A DNA stretch of 64,000 nucleotides from Eledone cirrhosa (Eukaryota). The DNA lies in the NCBI GenBank assembly GCA_964016885.1, contig OZ024744.1:93496001-93560000 (forward strand), read 5' to 3'. Shown here piece after piece: positions 1 to 13,694 of this stretch (its first letter is position 1; every line of letters begins with the position of its first letter). The notes beneath the pieces were generated by a model that was not told the origin of the DNA, searched no databases, and saw nothing but the letters and a program-made list of their open reading frames with translations. The translations under genes and the position numbers were made by a program.

Positions 1-2765
1 CTAACACAGCCATAGCCACTGTGTAGACTGGTGTAGCTATCTTGAGCTGTCTAACACAGCCATAGCCACTGTGTAGACTGGTGTAGCTATCTTGAGCTGT
101 CTAACACAGCCATAGTCACTGTGTAGACTGGTGTAGCTATCTTGAGCTGTCTAACACAGCCATAGCCACTGTGTAGACTGGTGTAGGTATCTTGAGCTGT
201 CTAACACAGCCATAGTCACTGTGTAGACTGGTGTAGCTATCTTGGGCTGTCTAACACAGCCATAGCCACTGTGTAGACTGGTGTAGGTATCTTGAGCTGT
301 CTAACACAGCCATAGCCACTGTGTAGACTGGTGTAGCTATCTTGGGCTGTCTAACACAGCCATAGTCACTGTGTAGACTGGTGTAGCTATCTTGGGCTGT
401 CTAACACAGCCATAGTCACTGTAGACTGGTGTAGCTATCTTGAGCTGTCTAACACAGCCATAGCCACTGTGTAGACTGGTGTAGCTATCTTGAGCTGTCT
501 AACACAGCCATAGCCACTGTGTAGACTGGTGTAGCTATCTTGAGCTGTCTAACACAGCCATAGTCACTGTGTAGACTGGTGTAGCTATCTTGAGCTGTCT
601 AACACAGCCATAGTCACTGTGTAGACTGGTGTAGCTATCTTGGGCTGTCTAACACAGCCATAGTCACTGTAGACTGGTGTAGCTATCTTGAGCTGTCTAA
701 CACAGCCATAGTCACTGTGTAGACTGGTGTAGCTATCTTGAGCTGTCTAACACAGCCATAGCCACTGTGTAGACTGGTGTAGCTATCTTGGGCTGTCTAA
801 CACAGCCATAGTCACTGTGTAGACTGGTGTAGCTATCTTGGGCTGTCTAACACAGCCATAGTCACTGTGTAGACTGGTGTAGCTATCTTGAGCTGTCTAA
901 CACAGCCATAGCCACTGTGTAGACTGGTGTAGCTATCTTGGGCTGTCTAACACAGCCATAGTCACTGTGTAGACTGGTGTAGGTATCTTGAGCTGTCTAA
1001 CACAGCCATAGTCACTGTGTAGACTGGTGTAGCTATCTTGAGCTGTCTAACACAGCCATAGTCACTGTGTAGACTGGTGTAGCTATCTTGAGCTGTCTAA
1101 CACAGCCATAGTCACTGTGTAGACTGGTGTAGCTATCTTGAGCTGTCTAACACAGCCATAGTCACTGTGTAGACTGGTGTAGCTATCTTGAGCTGTCTAA
1201 CACAGCCATAGTCACTGTGTAGACTGGTGTAGCTATCTTGAGCTGTCTAACACAGCCATAGTCACTGTGTAGACTGGTGTAGCTATCTTGAGCTGTCTAA
1301 CACAGCCATAGCCACTGTGTAGACTGGTGTAGCTATCTTGTGCTGTCTAACACAGCCATAGCCACTGTGTAGACTGGTGTAGCTATCTTGAGCTGTCTAA
1401 CACAGCCATAGCCACTGTGTAGACTGGTGTAGCTATCTTGAGCTGTCTAACACAGCCATAGTCACTGTGTAGACTGGTGTAGCTATCTTGAGCTGTCTAA
1501 CACAGCCATAGTCACTGTGTAGACTGGTGTAGCTATCTTGGGCTGTCTAACACAGCCATAGCCACTGTGTAGACTGGTGTAGCTATCTTGTGCTGTCTAA
1601 CACAGCCATAGCCACTGTGTAGACTGGTGTAGCTATCTTGAGCTGTCTAACACAGCCATAGCCACTGTGTAGACTGGTGTAGCTATCTTGAGCTGTCTAA
1701 CACAGCCATAGCCACTGTGTAGACTGGTGTAGCTATCTTGAGCTGTCTAACACAGCCATAGCCACTGTGTAGACTGGTGTAGCTATCTTGGGCTGTCTAA
1801 CACAGCCATAGCCACTGTGTAGACTGGTGTAGCTATCTTGAGCTGTCTAACACAGCCATAGTCACTGTGTAGACTGGTGTAGCTATCTTGAGCTGTCTAA
1901 CACAGCCATAGCCACTGTGTAGACTGGTGTAGCTATCTTGGGCTGTCTAACACAGCCATAGCCACTGTGTAGACTGGTGTAGCTATCTTGGGCTGTCTAA
2001 CACAGCCATAGCCACTGTGTAGACTGGTGTAGCTATCTTGAGCTGTCTAACACAGCCATAGCCACTGTGTAGACTGGTGTAGCTATCTTGAGCTGTCTAA
2101 CACAGCCATAGCCACTGTGTAGACTGGTGTAGGTATCTTGAGCTGTCTAACACAGCCATAGCCACTGTGTAGACTGGTGTAGCTATCTTGAGCTGTCTAA
2201 CACAGCCATAGTCACTGTGTAGACTGGTGTAGCTATCTTGGGCTGTCTAACACAGCCATAGCCACTGTGTAGACTGGTGTAGCTATCTTGAGCTGTCTAA
2301 CACAGCCATAGCCACTGTGTAGACTGGTGTAGGTATCTTGAGCTGTCTAACACAGCCATAGTCACTGTAGACTGGTGTAGGTATCTTGAGCTGTCTAACA
2401 CAGCCATAGCCACTGTGTAGACTGGTGTAGGTATCTTGAGCTGTCTAACACAGCCATAGTCACTGTGTAGACTGGTGTAGCTATCTTGAGCTGTCTAACA
2501 CAGCCATAGTCACTGTGTAGACTGGTGTAGCTATCTTGAGCTGTCTAACACAGCCATAGCCACTGTGTAGACTGGTGTAGCTATCTTGAGCTGTCTAACA
2601 CAGCCATAGCCACTGTGTAGACTGGTGTAGCTATCTTGAGCTGTCTAACACAGCCATAGCCACTGTGTAGACTGGTGTAGCTATCTTGAGCTGTCTAACA
2701 CAGCCATAGTCACTGTGTAGACTGGTGTAGGATTCTTGGGCTGTCTAACACAGCCATAGCCACTG
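1..2765. repeat. 60-bp minisatellite, about 46 near-identical copies, truncated by the window start
   Basis: Unit CTAACACAGCCATAG(C/T)CACTGTGTAGACTGGTGTAG(C/G)TATCTTG(A/G/T)GCTGT repeated head to tail, with three variable positions and occasional 2-bp TG deletions; no spacers and no ORF. Confidence 0.97.
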
Positions 2766-3049
2766 TATCAGTCTGTCTACCTATTTAACTATCTATCTAT
2801 TTATCTATCTATCCCTATATATATATGATTACACACATGTATGCGTATATATAAACATGCATAGCATATATTAGCACTGTAATTATTACCAAATATTTCA
2901 AAAGTAGATCAGCATAACATGTGACCAGAATAATATCATGTAACATGTCAAAAGAATGGTAGAATATGTATAGCAAAACATAATACACACACACTCGCAT
3001 GCATGCACACACTCACATGCATACACACAAACACATATATGTATACATA

Positions 3050-3870
3050 CAGAGGAAAACAAGTGCCATGATCCCTTCTGAGAAATGGCTCTGCTAAGTG
3101 TGTAGGTAGGAAAAAGGTGGGTAGAAATTCCATCCTCTCTCCCAAATGCAAACTATGGGTACACAAAAGATTTAACGGGATCTCAGGCAAACTAACAAAA
3201 AATATTGGTTTTGTATGTGGTCAATGCACAGGAGCAGTAATTAGCAAGAGCTAACAGGAAACAAACTCCTTTAAATGCCCAGAAGAATTTGTAGATGTAG
3301 TTGATAGTTTTTGCTACCTGGGTGAGCAAATTAGCAGTGAAGATTGATGTTCTGAAAGCAAAATATCCAGAGGGAGAACGGGATGGAAAAAATTCAGAGA
3401 GTTACTACTACTACTAACTGCAAAAAGTTTTTCCCTTAAAATGAAAGGTAGATTATATGATGTGTGTATACAAACAGCAATGTTGCTTGGTAAGGAGACC
3501 TGAGCACTGTGCAGAGGACCTACACAGATTGGAAAGAAATGAAGCTTGCATGTTCCAATATACATGAATGGCAAAGCCTAAATGAACTGAGGGAGAAAAT
3601 GGGCATAAGAGGGATCAGATGCTGTGTGTAGGAGAGAAGATTGCATTGGTATGATCGGTCATGTGATGCGTATGGAGGATGAGAGCTGTATAAAAAGGTG
3701 CATGGTGCTCACAGTTTGATGGAAGAGAAAGACCTAGGAAAGCTTGGTATGAAGTGATAAAAGCTGGCCTCATTCAGTTACACCTCTCAAAGACAAATAC
3801 AGAGAATTGAGTTCTTTGGCATTATGTAGTATTGCAAAAGACCCATCTTCCCATGTGTACGGGATTAAGC
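3050..3870 (+). mobile_element. Degenerate RTE/BovB-type LINE fragment (C-terminal RT region)
   Basis: Nucleotide similarity to the better-preserved copies at 25006-26166 and 54035-55612 (WVHKR, FCYLG, KGRLYD, W..VIKA segments), with many stops and frameshifts. Confidence 0.85.
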
Positions 3871-4614
3871 AAATATCTAGTGGCCTCTAGAATGCATCAC
3901 TTCTCCCCCTCTCACTTCCATATATCTACCATGTCTTAACAGTCCATCCTTTACCAGCTAAGTACCCCCACCTTATAATCTAGAGCAGTAGTATCATCGT
4001 GTACTGCTACTAGGACAAAGGAGACGCATAAGAGAGAGGTACCTACAGAGACACCAAGTTGATGGAGTAGATCATGAAAGTTGTTAAAAGCGTTATAGCA
4101 CAACTAATTAATTAGGAGCAGAAATAAGCTGCCCTAAACACGAGTTTATTTTGCTTAATGGTTGGTTAATCCAGCCTTACTTATATACATCCGACAGGCT
4201 TCTGCAGAGTTTCTGTCTAACTAATTTCACTAACAAGTATTGTTAAATCAGCCTGAAAATAAGGTAAAAGAGTCGCATCCTAGGTGTCATGCATTGGGAC
4301 CAAACCCAGAACTACTTGGTTGCAAAGGGAACACTCTTAATCACAGAGCTAAGCTTACACCAGCTTTTTTTCATTATTAAACCTTGATGGTTTGGTTGTA
4401 TTAGTAGAGCATCGGGCAACAGGTTTATTGTATAGAGTTACTGTCCTTTACATTCTCAGTTCAAATCACGTCAAGGTTAGCTCTACCTTTCGTCCTTATG
4501 TGGTCAATAAAATAAAGTACCAATCGCGGACAATTTAATTAACTTCCCCCCCCCCCCCTCCCCCAAAAAGAAAACAACCGTTGACCTTGTGCCTAAATTA
4601 GAAAACATTATTAA

Positions 4615-4844
4615 CCCTTTAGCATTTACATTACCCTATATATACTATTGTCTTTTTGTGGTAAAGGCTTTATCTTACATAATATCTTACATAATATTGA
4701 ATCTATTAGATTTTAATATCATTTATTTTGAGAACAATACATTAACATCACTGTGAGGGTCCAGTAACAGCCAGTTTAAGCTAGTTTGAACAGAAAGAGG
4801 TGAGAAAATTCTGGCTGGATATGGCTGGTTTAAATGCTAAATGG
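4615..4844. mobile_element. piggyBac-like MITE
   Basis: TTAA on both sides (4611-4614, 4845-4848); termini CCCTTTAGCATTTA ... TAAATGCTAAATGG; related copies at 12881-13694 and about 31775-32100. Confidence 0.7.
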
Positions 4845-5190
4845 TTAAACCCTGAATCAGTTGGACATTTCTTCTATATGGTATCTCTCTGTACAGCGAG
4901 TGGATTTTAATGTCTAGTTAATTCTACAGGAGGATCTAGTCCTCTATTGAACTATCATCTTCCTTAGTATCTTCTTACCATGGCCACCACCACCACTACT
5001 TACTATAATCTCATGATATATTGTCAACGAACACTATCTATCTAAATACCAGTTGCCTCTCATATATCACCCTAACCCCAATACCTACATATTCTATGAC
5101 ATCTTGTATGTACTCTTCCTTCAGATTCATATTACATCATACATTCCTTATTGAAACATTTTTTATATGCATGTTGTTATTTAGCCCTGT

Positions 5191-5191
<1 letters not shown>

Positions 5192-5263
<72 letters not shown>

Positions 5264-5310
5264 CTCTCCCTCTCTCTTTCTCTCTCACTCTCTCTCCCTC
5301 TCCTTCTCCT

Positions 5311-5343
<33 letters not shown>
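5192..5343. repeat. (CT)n microsatellite
   Basis: Read directly; explains the poly-SL and poly-RE ORFs. Confidence 0.95.
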
Positions 5344-5347
<4 letters not shown>

Positions 5348-5737
5348 GAGCAAGCAACAGACCTGGCGTGATCAAAGACTTTTCAACCATGATCATCTAG
5401 TTTTTTTGGGGGGTTTTTAGGGGTTCTTTTTAGGTATATGTATGGCTAAATTATCCATACATCTATACATACATACTTACATGCATGCATGTATACACAT
5501 ATGTATCTATACACACATGCATCTATGCATACGTACATAAATGCATGCATACATATGTACATAAGTGCATACATGCATGCACACATGCATATAGTATGCA
5601 CCACCTTCCCTCTCATACACCTCCCTCACAGCAATCACCCACCTCTATATCTAACCCCCCCCCCCCCCCCCACAATTCCCCATGCATCTTCCCTACCCAA
5701 GTCCCCAGTCCACACCATAATGTGGTTATCCTGGAGC

Positions 5738-6580
5738 CACAACAAAAAGCACCCAGTCTACACTGTAAAGAGGTCGTGTAGGTGTCACCACAAAAAGCAC
5801 CCAGCCCACACTGTAAAAAGGTTGTGTAGGTGTCACCACAAAAAGCACCCAGTCTACACTGTAAAGAGGTCGTGTAGGTGTCACCACAAAAAGCACCCAG
5901 CCCACACTGTAAAAAGGTCGTGTAGGTGTCACCACAAAAAGCACCCAGCCCACACTGTAAAAAGGTTGTGTAGGTGTCACCACAAAAAGCACCCAGCCCA
6001 CACTGTAAAGAGGTCATGTAGGTGTCACCACAAAAAGCACCCAGCCCACACTGTAAAAAGGTTGTGTAGGTGTCACCACAAAAAGCACCCAGCCCACACT
6101 GTAAAAAGGTTGTGTAGATGTCACCACAAAAAGCACCCAGCCCACACTGTAAAAAGGTTGTGTAGGTGTCACCACAAAAAGCACCCAGCCCACACTGTAA
6201 AAAGGTTGTGTAGGTGTCACCACAAAAAGCACCCAGCCCACACTGTAAAAAGGTTGTGTAGGTGTCACCACAAAAAGCACCCAGCCTACACTGTAAAAAG
6301 GTTGTGTAGGTGTCACCACAAAAAGCACCCAGCCCACACTGTAAAAAGGTTGTGTAGATGTCACCACAAAAAGCACCCAGCCCACACTGTAAAAAGGTTG
6401 TGTAGGTGTCACCACAAAAAGCACCCAGCCCACACTGTAAAAAGGTCGTGTAGGTGTCACCACAAAAAGCACCCAGCCCACACTGTAAAAAGGTTGTGTA
6501 GGTGTCACCACAAAAAGCACCCAGCCCACACTGTAAAAAGGTTGTGTAGATGACACAACAAAAAGCACCCAGTACACAGT
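5738..6580 (+). repeat. 48-bp minisatellite (about 17 copies) derived from an RTE 3'-region module
   Basis: Unit CACAAAAAGCACCCAGCCCACACTGTAAAAAGGTTGTGTAGGTGTCAC; runs into the RTE-type tail GTTAGGAAGAGCATCTAGTTGTAGAAAC...CCCATGCTATAGTGGAAAATTGACATTAAATGAGGATG at 6600-6745. Confidence 0.93.
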
Positions 6581-6837
6581 GTAAATGAATGTTGTTAGTG
6601 TTAGGAAGAGCATCTAGTTGTAGAAACCAAGCCCAAATCAGTTGTGTGTGAGCAAAATATGGTCCTCCAACCTGGTTGACTCTCAACTGGACAGCACATT
6701 ATACCCATGCTATAGTGGAAAATTGACATTAAATGAGGATGCTGATATATATATATATATATATATATCAAGGGCGGTGCCCCAGCATGGCCTCAGCTGG
6801 ATGGCTGAAGCAGGTAAAAGAGTATATGCATACATAT

Positions 6838-7033
6838 GTGTCGGCTGAAAAGTACATAGGCCGACCGAGATACTCTCATGGAATGACCAAATGAGGTTTA
6901 TTTGTCAACATAGTCCCTGAAAAGAAACAATGCAGTTATTAATAAGAATAGTTGAAATTAATGCATGCAAGATTTCACAGCTCTAGCATCACTCCTTCAT
7001 AGTCAGCCTATGTACTTTTCAGGCCACCCTCAT
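6838..7033. mobile_element. Tc1/mariner-like MITE
   Basis: Imperfect TIRs GCTGAAAAGTACATAGGCCGAC / GTCAGCCTATGTACTTTTCAG; second copy in opposite orientation at 43309-43515. Confidence 0.65.
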
Positions 7034-7607
7034 ATACATATATACATACATGCATACATATTATAGATATGTAAATGATAGTGCTGGGGCCATGATAAAA
7101 TACACCCATCACCCTTTAAGTAGTTGTCTTTGAGCAAGTCATGAGCCCTCAGACATTGACAGCCCATCCAACTCTTGCCAGTATGAGAAACAAACATAAA
7201 ATACTGATTATATACTGTTCATTCCCCCCTCTCTCTATATATATATATAAATAATGAATATGTGTGTGTATGTATATATGTGCATATATATATACATTTA
7301 TCATCACATATACATTATATATATATTATACGTATACAATGTATATATGTGTGTATATGTAATGTAATATATATGTGCCTGTGTGTATATATATATATAT
7401 GCCATCCCCTTTTAATATAAAATAGTTTCTGATTTAGGCACAAAGCCAACAATATTTGGGGGAGGGAAGGGTCGATTAAATCGACTCCGTTTGGATGAAA
7501 AACAAAGCTAACCTCTGCAGGATTTGAACTCAGAACATAAAGGGCATAACTCTATGCTGCGAAGCATTCTGTCTGACTTTGGCTTCAGTCTTTCCCTTGT
7601 ACATAAA

Positions 7608-8293
7608 TTGCAATTAGGAATAAGAGGGATCAGATGCTGTTTACTCGAGAGAAGACTACGTTGGTACGGTCACGTGATGCGCATGAAAGACGACAGCTGT
7701 ATAAAAAAGTGCAGGGCGATAAAAATAGACGGTAGCCACGGAGTAGGCAGAACCAGAAAAACCTAGGACGACTTGATAAATTCCGACCTCACACACTTAC
7801 ACCTCTCCAAGACAATGTCACTGGACCGAGATCTTTGGCGCTACACAGTAATACAGAAGACCCGCCTTGCCGAAGTACAAAGCGAAACCTACAGTCAGTA
7901 GGCACCTCTAACAAAAATACACCCCCGTCCCACTACCCCCACCCCATCCACACCACCCCTTCCAATGTAAAGTTATGTTGGTACCACAACATCCAGTCCG
8001 AAACAAATGAGGTTGTGTAGGTGTCACGACAAAAAGAAGATGCGCATGAAAGATGACAGCTGTAAAAAACACACAGTCCACGCTGTAATGTGGCCGTGTA
8101 GGTAACACGGTAAAAACCTCCCAGTCAACACTGTAAACGTGGTTGGTGTTAGGAAGGGCATCCAGCCGTAGAAAACCCGCCAGACAGTCCTATATGAGCA
8201 AGACAACCAATCTTGCCTCAAGTGGGAAAATTCCCATCCAAACCCATGCTAGCGTGGAAGATGGACGTTAAACGATGATGATGATGGATGATG
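7608..8293 (+). mobile_element. 5'-truncated RTE LINE (family C 3' end plus 3' UTR)
   Basis: IRGIRCCLLERRLRWYGHVMRMKDDSCIKKC...GRTRKT; 3' UTR matches 55613-56075; ends in (GAT)n. Confidence 0.92.
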
Positions 8294-8504
8294 ATTCTCA
8301 AATACAACTTGCATACCACTTGCTATTCTGTTTGAGTAACACTTATTTCTATATCTTGCTGTAATGTAAACATATGTGAGATCCCAGGTAGTAGAATGTT
8401 TTCAAGGTCTTCTTGAATACATGTACATTCACTTCATGTAGCTTCCGCAAGTTTTTTCGGCAAGATGTTAACCTCAATTATTGCAATATCTGGTTTCTAA
8501 TCTT

Positions 8505-8780
8505 GTGGATGCACGTGTCCTAGTGGTAAGTCTGTTGGGCTTGATTCCTGGACAGGGTGGTTGTGTGTTGTATTCTTGAGGAAAATACTTCATTTCATGT
8601 TGCTCCAGTATACTCAGCTGAAAATGTGCACCAGCTATAGCTAATAGGGGAGAGGTGTTAAATCTGCAATGGACTGGCATCCTATCCATGAGTGCGTCTT
8701 GTACTCTGTTGCTTAACGACACAGAAGCCAGGATAAACACTGGCCTGATGAGTGTCCAGCCTCAAGACAAACTTTAGACA
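8505..8780 (+). mobile_element. tRNA-derived CORE-type SINE
   Basis: Degenerate A/B-box head, then TTCTTGAGGAAAATACTTCATTTCATGTTGCTCCAGTATACTCAGCTGAAAATG core; reverse copy at about 30085-30298. Confidence 0.65.
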
Positions 8781-9193
8781 TTAGTTTCTAATCTTGATGA
8801 AGTGAGTGGTAACTTTGGCACTACACAATGGCAACTAATTCCAGGATTGATGTTGTTCTCAAAGCTGATGCTTGGTGCTAGCCCTTCCAGGATCTTCCAT
8901 ATATATATGTGTGTGTATATATATACACAAAATTGCATTAACCAGAGGGTGGCTGATGTGGAAGATAGGTGCCTTTGTTCACTTATCCCACATATTTCAC
9001 TTTATTCTTGTGCATTGGAGCTAATGGTAGCGACCACAAAGTACCGAAACTATGATGACCTCCAGCGGTCAACTGATGAGAAGGGACTGTAACTGTGTTT
9101 TGTCTGTTTTTCTTTTGTCTTCGCCCACCATGCTTGATTCATTGTATGATCTTAGCCATGCAGGACACTTTTTCAAATTATATATATATATAT

Positions 9194-9330
9194 CATGTTT
9201 AATATAGAAATGGCTTCTACAGGACTAGAACTGTTTCATTCAAAAGAAATCATCAAGAAACCCTTGCCTGGTGATTTCTTTTGAATGAAAGAGTTCTATT
9301 CCTGTAGAAGCCATTTCTATATCAAACATG
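9194..9330. repeat. Foldback (inverted-repeat) cassette with degenerate hammerhead-like core
   Basis: Arms of about 60 bp, CATGTTTAATATAGAAATGGCTTCTACAGGACTAGAAC... / ...GTTCTATTCCTGTAGAAGCCATTTCTATATCAAACATG, between (TA)n tracts; one arm recurs at about 36680-36745. Confidence 0.8.
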
Positions 9331-11539
9331 TTTACACCCTACTAATGTATTGAGTACCTTACATACTGTGGTTATCCCTGATTGAACCTGGGACTCACAC
9401 ATATATATATATCACTGTTCCAGTACCTCATCAGTTTCATTGAGTCAATTTTCTAGTTGTAACAGCATTGGATTGCTTCAAGTAGTTCTGCTGTTAATTT
9501 AACATTATGAAGTAGCCATAGTTGAGATCAATAGTCCAGCCTGATGAGAACAAATGTCCTCCCTAGAACCATCATCATCATCATCATGGTTTCCTGGTCT
9601 CTTGTTCTGAATAATCTCAGAATCTATCCAGTTGTCTGTACATTGCTGCCATTGTGGTAATATAAATATAAAACTATGTATTATTACAGTTATTCTAACT
9701 CTGGGAGTTCAATCCTTCCTGGTCCTGTGTTTCTTTGGTTGTAGTTGGTTATTGTTTGTAGGTTGATAGTTGAGGGCTTGAAACTTTACAGCATTAAATT
9801 GGCCCACTTATATATTATATTTAAGTCTCCCTGTAATTACTCTGGGGTCCCAAATAATGAGGGAGGGATCGGTAATTTTTCTAGGTTATCTTTGTTGATT
9901 TTTTTTTTAAATCCAGAATTAGGTTACATATTAAAACCCCCAACCCATCCTATTTATTTTATAATGTATGGGATTTCTTGTAATGTTCTATCTTTGTCAT
10001 GTATAATGTTTTTTTAATGTATAAAGAAAATTAATTGTCGCAGGAATGCTACCACTTAAAATAAAATTAATTGCCAGAGATAGATTAACAAAATTTAATA
10101 AAGAGGGAAGGGAATCTGTAAAATTAATAAGTGGAGGAGGGGAAAGATTATTCGAGACCCAAGAGTATGTAACAGAATCTGAAATCGTAATTGCCAGTGG
10201 TACTTTGATAATATCAGCATAGCTAGTGATAGTAGCTACCTGTATTACTGAGCGCCACCACAGACAACAGTAACCCCAAGACTATTGATGTTTCCAATAA
10301 GAGTTCATTTTATAATGGCACTAGCATTAGGGAGGGTGTTACGTCCTCAAGAAAACTTATGAGTTCTCTTTACCCTATATTGTCTCCATTTGGTTATCAA
10401 CTGCTTTGCAGAGTCTAGTAGAGTGTGGCCTGGTGGTTAATGTGTTGGGCTCCAGATCATAATGTCATGGTGGTGCAGTGAATCCTTGAGTAAGACTCTT
10501 CATTTCACATTGCTTCAGTTCACTCAGCTGAAAATTACCACAAAGTGGCTTAACATCCATGAAACCAAAATAAGCTAACATCATGTGATTAAGTGATCCC
10601 TTTAAAAAAGGTTAAAAAAATAAGACCTTAACTCCCAATAAAGTCATAGGGGCACTGTCCTAACACAGGCCATGTTTTGAGCATTTCTAAATATGGTTGA
10701 TCCCATCCTTCTCCAGGTTGGAAGGCAGACAATTTCTCAGAGAGAGAGAGGAGGGAGTATAGAAAGATAAGAGGAAGAGCCAATCTCAGTACTGGCCTGG
10801 TACTTTATTTATTAATCTTAAAAGGCAAAGGATATGAACTCAGTGTGCAGTGAGCCGGAACAAATACCAAGGCGTTTTTTTATTTGACGCCCTAATGACT
10901 CTGCTACTTTTTCACCTTAGTTATTCCTTTACACGTTCTACAGCAAGATACACTGAAGTTTCTATCTGTCTCTCCTGATTATATTTTCTTAATTACTTTA
11001 CTGTCTACTGGGATATCAACTCGGTGTGCAATAAGCCTGAACAAATACAGAGGCATTTTTAATCTGACGCCCTCGTGACTCTGCTACCTTTCCACCTTAG
11101 TTATTCCTTTACCTTTATACACTCTAAAGTTTTCTCTACCTTGCAAGATACTCTGGAGTTTCTGTCTGTCTCTGTTCTGATTATATTTCCTTAATTGCTT
11201 TACCGTCTGCCAAGCTTCTTGGCCTAGCCTGATAGCAACCCATAGTAATTCTTTTCACTATCAGGCAACACACTCTGGAGTTTCTATATCTCTTCTGGTT
11301 ATATTTCCATAACTGTTATACAGACTGCCTACCTTCTTGATTTTGTCTGATAGTTTGCTCTCTTTAGCCTATCAACCTCCAGTAATAACTCTTCTAAGCC
11401 TATTTTTACTTTTTGATATTGCAAAGCAAATAGACAGTTTTCCATTTATAAAGCCATTTATAAAAAGAAAAAAAATTTCTAAATCTTATTTTCTAAAAGA
11501 GAATAGCTTTTAGTTAAGAAATAAATATCTGGTGCCACT

Positions 11540-12710
11540 CACTAAAAAACATCCAGCCCACCCTGTAAGGTAGTTGTGCTGTTGCTACAACAAAAAACAC
11601 CCAGTCCACCCTGTAAGGTGGTTGTGCTGTTGCTACAACAAAAAACACCCAGTCCACCCTGTAAGGTGGTAGTGCAGTTGCTATGACAAAAAGTACCCGT
11701 TACACCTTGTAAGGTGGTAGTGTTGTTGTCACGACTAAAAGCACCCAGTCCACCCTATAAGGTGGTAATTCTGGTGCCATGACAAAAAGCACCCGGTCCA
11801 CCCTGTAAGGTGGTTGTGCAGTTGCCACAACAAAAAGCACCCAGTCCACCCTGTAAGGTGGTTGTGCAGTTGCCACAACAAAAAGCACCCAGTCCACCCT
11901 GTAAGGTGGTTGTGCAGTTGCCACAACAAAAAGCACCCAGTCCACCCTGTAAGGTGGTTGTGCAGTTGCCACAACAAAAAGCACCCAGTCCACCCTGTAA
12001 GGTGGTTGTGCAGTTGCCACAACAAAAAGCACCCAGTCCTCCCTGTAAGGTGGTTGTGCAGTTGCCACAACAAAAAACACCCAGTCCACCCTGTAAGGTG
12101 GTTGTGCAGTTGCCACAACAAAAAACACCCAGTCTATCTTGTAAGGTGGTTGTGCAGTTGCCACAACAAAAAACACCCAGTCCACCCTGTAAGGTGGTTG
12201 TGCAGTTGCCACAACAAAAAACACCCAGTCTATCTTGTAAGGTGGTTGTGCAGTTGCCACAACAAAAAACACCCAGTCCATCTTTTAAGGTTACAAGATG
12301 GACTGGGTGCAGTTACCACGACAAAAAACACCCAGTCCATGTTGTAACGTGGTAGTGCAGTTGCCATGACAAAAAGCACCCAGTCCACGTTGTAAGCTGA
12401 TAGTGGTGTTGCCATGGCAAAAAGCACCCAGTCCACGTTGTAAGGTGATAGTGCTGTTGCCATGGCAAAAAACACCCAGTCCATCCTGTAAGGTGGTAAT
12501 GCAGTTGCATGACAAAAAAAAGCACCCTGTCCACCATGTAAGATGGTAGTGCAGTTGCAATGACAAAAAAACACCCAGTCCACCCTGTAAGGTGGTAGTG
12601 CAATTGCTGCAACAAAAAGCACCCAGTCCACCCTGTAAGGTGGTAGTGCAGTTAACACGACAAAAAAAGCACCCAGTCCACCCTGTATGGTGTTAGTGCC
12701 AAAGTCACGA
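11540..12710 (+). repeat. Second 48-bp minisatellite (about 24 copies) derived from the RTE 3'-region module
   Basis: Unit ACAACAAAAAGCACCCAGTCCACCCTGTAAGGTGGTTGTGCAGTTGCC; homogeneous centre, diverged edges; followed by RTE-type tail AAGGCATCCAGCTGTAGAAAC...AACCCATGCAAGCATGGAAAATAGACATTAA. Confidence 0.93.
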
Positions 12711-12880
12711 TAAAGTTCTCCTAGTACATGCTATAAAGTAGTTAGCATTAAGAAAGGCATCCAGCTGTAGAAACCAATCCAAAACACAGAATATATGAGT
12801 AAGATGTAATCACCTAACCTGTTCTACCTCCTAACACGACAACCTGTCTAACCCATGCAAGCATGGAAAATAGACATTAA

Positions 12881-13694
12881 CCCTTTAGCATTTAAACCGG
12901 CCATATCCAACTAGAATTATCTCACCTTTTTCTCTTCAAACCAGCTGTAACCCAACGTTAGGGTATTGTTCTCAAAATAAATAATATCAAAATCTGATAG
13001 ATTCGATATTATGTGAAATATGACAGGTGCAATGTGTCCAAACACGGAACAGCCGAACTCCCACCGTCATCGCCCCCATCTCTCTCGTCCTCCCCATCTC
13101 TCTGTATCGTGAGCAAATGGGGTCCCACGTGTTGGCCTCCCCACAGCCCCAGCGGACAGAATGGAGAAGGCGTTTCTCTGGAGGGTGGTAAGGGAGATAC
13201 GCTAATGTGAAATATTATGTGAGATAAAGCTTTTACCATGAAAATACAACAGTATATCATCATCATCATCATCATCACACTTTTTTTATCCGTTCTTCCA
13301 CGCTAACATGGGTTAGACGGGTTGTCTTGTTGTGGGCAGTGTCCAGTCAGCTGACCTTGTCTTGCTCATACAGGAACTGATTCTGGCTTGGTTTCTACAG
13401 CAGGATGCCCTGCCTAACACCAACCTCATTTACAGTGAGTGCTGGATGCTTTCTTACTGTGGCACCTACATGTCCATTTTGCAGTGGAATGATATGGACC
13501 CCAGTCCCTATCATCTCATTTCTACAGCTGAGTAAACTGGAGCGATGTGAAATAAAGTGTCTTGCTCAAGGAAACAACACATCACCCGGTCCGAGAATTG
13601 AACTCATAACCTTTCGATTGCAAGCCCAATGCTCTAACCACAAAGCCATGCGCCTTCACAACAGTATATATAGAGTAATGTAAATACTAAAGGG
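12881..13694. mobile_element. piggyBac-like MITE with nested insertions
   Basis: TTAA|CCCTTTAGCATTTAAA ... TAAATACTAAAGGG|TTAA; sits in the TTAA of an RTE tail that resumes as ATGATGATG at 13699. Confidence 0.75.
13257..13660 (-). mobile_element. tRNA/CORE SINE with RTE-derived body and tail
   Basis: Reverse complement of the family at 44140-44480 and 47673-48022; (CAT)n tail at the left end. Confidence 0.8.

Noticed and set aside
1-2765. Possible CRISPR array (also considered for the 30-, 48- and 102-bp arrays)
   Set aside because: Units are contiguous with no unique spacers, there are no cas genes, and the context is eukaryotic.
5489-6686. 350-aa Cys/His-rich repetitive ORFs on both strands
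   Set aside because: They follow from a 48-bp (multiple of 3) stop-poor unit derived from a retroelement UTR; no splice or domain evidence. The same applies to 11700-12658.
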